Shown one piece after another: positions 61,390 to 64,000 of a stretch of DNA of 64,000 bases. The DNA is from Octopus sinensis. Taxonomy: Eukaryota. The notes under the pieces were generated by a model. The model was not told where the DNA came from. It was given only the letters and a program-made list of their open reading frames with translations, and ran no database searches. The position numbers and the translations under genes are program-made. The stretch is from contig NC_043000.1 in the NCBI RefSeq assembly GCF_006345805.1, forward strand, positions 154,380,001 through 154,444,000. The letters run 5' to 3'. The number at the start of each line of letters is the position of its first letter. The stretch's first letter is position 1.

Positions 61390-61586
61390 GGCAGTGAGGT
61401 GGCAGAATCGATAGCACGCCGGGCGAAATGCTTATCGCCGGCGTTGACTGCCTTTCATCCTTTCGGAGTCGATAAAATAAGTACCAGTCCAGCACTGGAG
61501 TCGATGTAATCGACTAGTCCCCTCCCGACAAATCTGAGGCCTTTTGACCCCTCCAGTAGAAGGGATTATTATCATTATTATTGTTG

Positions 61587-61632
<46 letters not shown>

Positions 61633-61662
61633 CATTACTATTATTATTATTATTATTATTAA

Positions 61663-61721
<59 letters not shown>

Positions 61722-62145
61722 ATAGTAGTAAAAAGGTGGTGAGCTGGCAGAATCGTTAGCACGCCGGGCGAAATGCTTAGCGATATTTCGTCTGCCGCTA
61801 CGTTCTGAGTTCAAATTCCGTCGAGGTCGACTTTGCCTTTCATACTTTCGGGGTCGATTAAATAAGTATCAGTTACGTACTGGAGTCGATTATATCGACT
61901 TAATCCGTTTGTCTGTCCTTGTTTGTCCTCTCTGTGTTTAGCCCCTTGTGGGTAGTAAAGAAATAGGTATTTCGTCTGCCGCTACGTTCTGAGTTCAAAT
62001 TCCGTCGAGGTCGACTTTGCCTTTCATCCTTTCATTGTCAATAGATTAAGTACTAGTGAAATACTGGGGTCGATATAACCGACCCATCCCCTCTCCCAAA
62101 ATGTCATGCCTTGTGCCTATAGTAGAAAGGATTATTATTACCATT
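61135..62145 (+). mobile_element. chain of SINE family B pieces alternating with (CTT)n, (ATT)n and (AGT)n
   Basis: Pieces at ~61135-61230, 61388-61565 and 61732-62140 (dimer), each ending gtagaaagg(g)att followed by a trinucleotide run. Confidence 0.88.
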
Positions 62146-62290
62146 ATTACTTCTACTGTTTTATTTTTCCAAGCGATTGATATTGATAGTTATATCAATG
62201 TTTCAAAGACTGAATACATTTGATACAATCAAGAGGACTCAGTAAGCACAATCAAACAAACTCTAATTTATAAATTGCATATATTTAGAG

Positions 62291-62491
62291 CAGTGGTTTT
62301 CAACCAGGGTTCCGCCAGTACAGTCCAGGGGTTCCGCAAGAAGTTACAAAACTGCTAAAATCGGCACTAATGTTAAAGTCTCCTGTGCAGATATGTGTGC
62401 ATAAGACTTTTAAATTATTGCACAGGGGTTCCTCGAGCCAGTGGAATGTTTCCTTGGGGTTCCGCTCCAGCAAAAAGTTTGAAAAGCACTG
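62291..62491. mobile_element. hAT (Charlie-type) MITE
   Basis: TIRs cagtggttttcaac / gtttgaaaagcactg; 8-bp TSD atttagag. Confidence 0.92.
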
Positions 62492-62934
62492 ATTTAGAGA
62501 GTAACAACGCAGCCACAGAAGGAAAGCATGTAAAAATTCGTCTCGCGAAAGCATAGATTGTTCTTTATTGCTTTCGGTCTCATCTGGAAGTCATCAGTAT
62601 TAAACGTTAAGAGAAGTTTATTTCGTGCCGTCGCGGAATTAGTTGTGTTATACGGATCCACTGCTTGATCATTCATTTAACATCTGGAGACAAGGCTTGA
62701 GCCCCACCCCACATGTTACAGGACGTTCTGATTATTTCGTGCAAAAAAAAGCAGCCAGCCAAAGCAATCTTCTTGTAAACAGATATTTCACGAGAGAGAG
62801 AAAGAGAGAGAGAGAGAGAAAGAGAGGCAGGAGAGAGATCGGGAGAGACGGAAAGAGAGAGAGAGAGGGGATAGAGAGAGGGAGAGGGAGAGAGAGAGAG
62901 ACAGACAGATAGACGGACAAACAGAAGTGCATGT

Positions 62935-63150
62935 GTTTGCTGGAATTGCTTGAAGGTTGTGTCAGGACTTAATGATATACTCCAATTGACATTTTGACAT
63001 GCGTAAAATATGGGTCAGCCTCCAGCGAAATTCTTCATCGACCAGCTCTGTACAAACACAGGATGTTGCTCTACTGATCTCCTAACTGCCATGTAGGATC
63101 GTGATAGGTGGCATGATCGAGTTCAGCAAATCTGAGTAAGTTCAATTACA
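62935..63150 (+). pseudogene. RTE-type LINE 3' end
   Basis: LNDILQLTF*HA*NMGQPPAKFFIDQLCTNTGCCSTDLLTAM*DRDRWHDRV resembles the RTE C-terminus (..GRP.KTYIDQL..DTG....L..AM.DR..W..RV); (ATT)n tail. Confidence 0.75.
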
Positions 63151-63159
63151 AGATTATTA

Positions 63160-63640
63160 TTATTGAGTGAGAGAGCAGTGCATGCCATCAAAGTGACACT
63201 GGGGTAAAATATACGAAGCCCAGAATACCCACCATGACTACCCGTCTGATAAGGGTACATCAGGCACATGCATCACACCCATATGTGCGTGACATGGTGA
63301 TCTCATATCAAGATAAAGAGCACATGACCTTGCAGGTAGGGCCCAGTTAGAATTTTCTTCTGGTCTAGTAGCCCATCGCGCTGAAAAGGTCCCTGAATAA
63401 GGGTTGTTTAAGGATGTTGAACGAAACATTCACGTTTCCAAAGGTGAATTATCCAAAGTTCAAAGAATCCCTCTCAACATATGGCTATGATGCTCCCTCA
63501 CTACTTCAGCTCGTGATCAGAGATGTACATATCGTCAACCACTAAGGGACATGCTCAACTGGTTATGGTCAAACTACTGACGAGCAAATCTGTGGTATTG
63601 AGCGGAATATTTGATGTAGCCCATCTTTTATACCAAGAAA
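63160..63640. mobile_element. unclassified interspersed repeat (probable retroposon)
   Basis: Recognised from memory as an abundant octopus repeat; abuts (ATT)n; no second copy in this window. Confidence 0.45.
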
Positions 63641-63739
63641 AAACAATGCACATGATAAAACTTCCAATCAGTTAAGAGTAGAAGCCATGAGAGCCAGCGC
63701 CTGGTACTGCAGCAGGGCATCTGCTTGGTACTGCATCAA

Positions 63740-63890
63740 AGATGGTAGAGAGTCCAAATCCACTGAGGTCAATTTTGCCTTTTATCCTTTCAAGGTTGAT
63801 AAAATAAGTACCAGTTGAACGCTGAGCTCGATTTAATCGATTTACCCCCAACCCCAAATCTGCTGGCCTTGTGCCAAAATTTGAAACCAT
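63740..63890 (+). mobile_element. 5'-truncated SINE family B with tail 2
   Basis: Central domain plus ctgctggccttgtgccaaaatttgaaacc. Confidence 0.78.
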
Positions 63891-64000
63891 TATTAAAGAT
63901 GGTAGTGTGACCTGGCAGACAAAGTTTAACAAAATAAACAGCATTTGCTTCAGCCATTAAGATTCACGAACTTTAGAAAGCTTTACATGGATATCATTTT

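Overview
Intergenic or intronic, AT-rich animal DNA that is almost entirely repeat-derived. The SINE families look like those of an octopus genome; this is recognition from memory, not a database match. No host gene could be supported, and most ORF-track calls are microsatellite or SINE artefacts. Recognisable content: three tRNA-derived SINE families (labelled A, B and C here); non-LTR retrotransposon fragments (two L1/Tx1-type, one CR1/L2-like, one R4/Dong-type, one RTE-type); DNA-transposon relics (Tc1, mariner, Tigger/pogo, two hAT, Helitron) with their MITEs; many microsatellites, including a ~1 kb (AAT)n array. The most interesting signals are: (1) (TA)n-anchored non-coding elements carrying minimal type I hammerhead ribozymes, one inside a ~200-bp fold-back, which look Penelope-like or retrozyme-like; (2) a SINE whose 3' tail matches the 3' end of the local Tx1 LINE and which forms multimers with a fixed palindromic junction; (3) Tx1 and R4 ends sitting on opposite strands of the same AAT/ATT microsatellite type; (4) a 75-nt near-perfect hairpin inserted into a Tx1 ORF; (5) a ~112-bp duplication flanking one SINE. 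Coordinates were read by eye and element edges are approximate unless a TSD or TIR is quoted.
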